The translations under genes and the position numbers were made by a program. From positions 96,001 to 160,000 of the forward strand of contig CBDCLE010000012.1 of assembly GCA_965218585.1 (NCBI GenBank): 64,000 nt of DNA, in the 5' to 3' direction. The notes under the pieces are model-generated. The model did not search any database, had not been told where the DNA came from, and worked only from the letters and a program-made list of their open reading frames with translations. Positions within the stretch are counted from its first letter, which is position 1, and each line of letters starts with the position of its first letter. This stretch comes from Terriglobia bacterium. GTDB lineage: Bacteria; Acidobacteriota; Terriglobia; 20CM-2-55-15. Positions 63,142-64,000 of this stretch are shown piece after piece.

Positions 63142-63230
63142 GGTCATTGGGTACCCGACCGTGAGATTGAGCGCAACTCCCGAAGCCGCCCCTTATAGAT
63201 ACCTCGAGATCGATTGACCCTTTTCGCGCC

Positions 63231-64000
63231 ATGGCAACGCTGAAGTATCCCTGGTGGCTGTCGCTCTGGTACCGAATGGGACCTGTTCTCGGTCCGATCC
63301 ACCGACTCAGAAAACGATTTTCCCCAGCCCCGACTCTTTCTCCATTCCAGGTGGTTCTCTTTCACGACATTCCTCAGTTCCGGCGACCAGCATTTGAGAG
63401 GTTTGTCGATTATCTTGCGGAAAACTACACGATCGTGGCACCAGAGGACGTAACCTCTTTGCTTGCAGACGCGCCTTCAATATCTCAACAAGACCACACG
63501 CCGGTCTTGCTGACCTTTGACGACGGCTTTGAGAGTCAGGCAGTCGCTGCCCGCGAGGTTCTCGACACCAGGGGTATTCGAGGTGTTTTCTTTGTTTGTC
63601 CGGCGATGATGGAGCTCCCCCCGGACCAGCAGCGACAGGAAATCGCTGAACGAATGTTCGAAGATCGAGTCGCGGCGGAAGATCTGCCGAAAGACATGCG
63701 ATTGATGCAGTGGGATTCGGCGAAGGCACTGATCGATGCCGGTCACACGATCGGTTCGCATACCGGCCGACACGGTCGGCTGGCAACCCTCGCTCCTGGG
63801 GATCGTGACTTGGAAATCGCAGGTTCGAAGGATCTGTTGGAATCGCGATTGGGAACGAAGATGAACTGGTTTGCATATCCCTTCGGAGACGTGGATTCCA
63901 TTGACGGAGATTCCATGGACTTGATCGGGCAGCACTACCGTTTTTGTTGTAGTGGCTTAGCGGGTTTCAATAGCCGGATGACTCACCGCTTGGGTATTCG
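63231..64000 (+). CDS. Polysaccharide deacetylase (partial, runs off window)
   Basis: Manual translation LFHDI...LLTFDDG...IGSHT.RH...FAYPFG. Confidence 0.85.
   Translation, partial: MATLKYPWWLSLWYRMGPVLGPIHRLRKRFSPAPTLSPFQVVLFHDIPQFRRPAFERFVDYLAENYTIVAPEDVTSLLADAPSISQQDHTPVLLTFDDGFESQAVAAREVLDTRGIRGVFFVCPAMMELPPDQQRQEIAERMFEDRVAAEDLPKDMRLMQWDSAKALIDAGHTIGSHTGRHGRLATLAPGDRDLEIAGSKDLLESRLGTKMNWFAYPFGDVDSIDGDSMDLIGQHYRFCCSGLAGFNSRMTHRLGI

Overview
GC-rich bacterial chromosome segment, most likely Acidobacteriota. This is inferred from the ADOP-type permease with PadR, the DUF1552/DUF1592 cluster and the DUF5916 pair. Intact housekeeping blocks (lysS-nusB-ribH, cyclophilin, rlmD-like, mnmA-iscU-iscS, citrate synthase, wecB) alternate with heavily decayed accessory DNA. 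More than 15 genes are frameshifted, internally deleted or IS-truncated. Insertion sequences include three near-identical IS256-family copies, an IS701, an IS1595, and an rve-type IS with long bipartite IRs. There is also a toxin-antitoxin graveyard and a scrambled UpxY-led polysaccharide locus. The most novel signal is a dispersed family of inverted-repeat elements whose arms begin TT(C)AAC and are built from tandem 8-9 bp units (ACGCAGAG or ACACGAAG type). They lie at gene ends inside housekeeping operons. One set of arms (35798-38555) encloses a GxxExxY PD-(D/E)XK-like gene plus a nucleotidyltransferase gene, and an empty version with the same arms lies at 3847-3939. This suggests an autonomous/non-autonomous mobile cassette system (inference). 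A second candidate is a promoter-driven structured RNA of about 110 nt at 45883-45992. I saw no rRNA, tRNA or CRISPR array. All family assignments come from motif recognition by eye; no searches were run.
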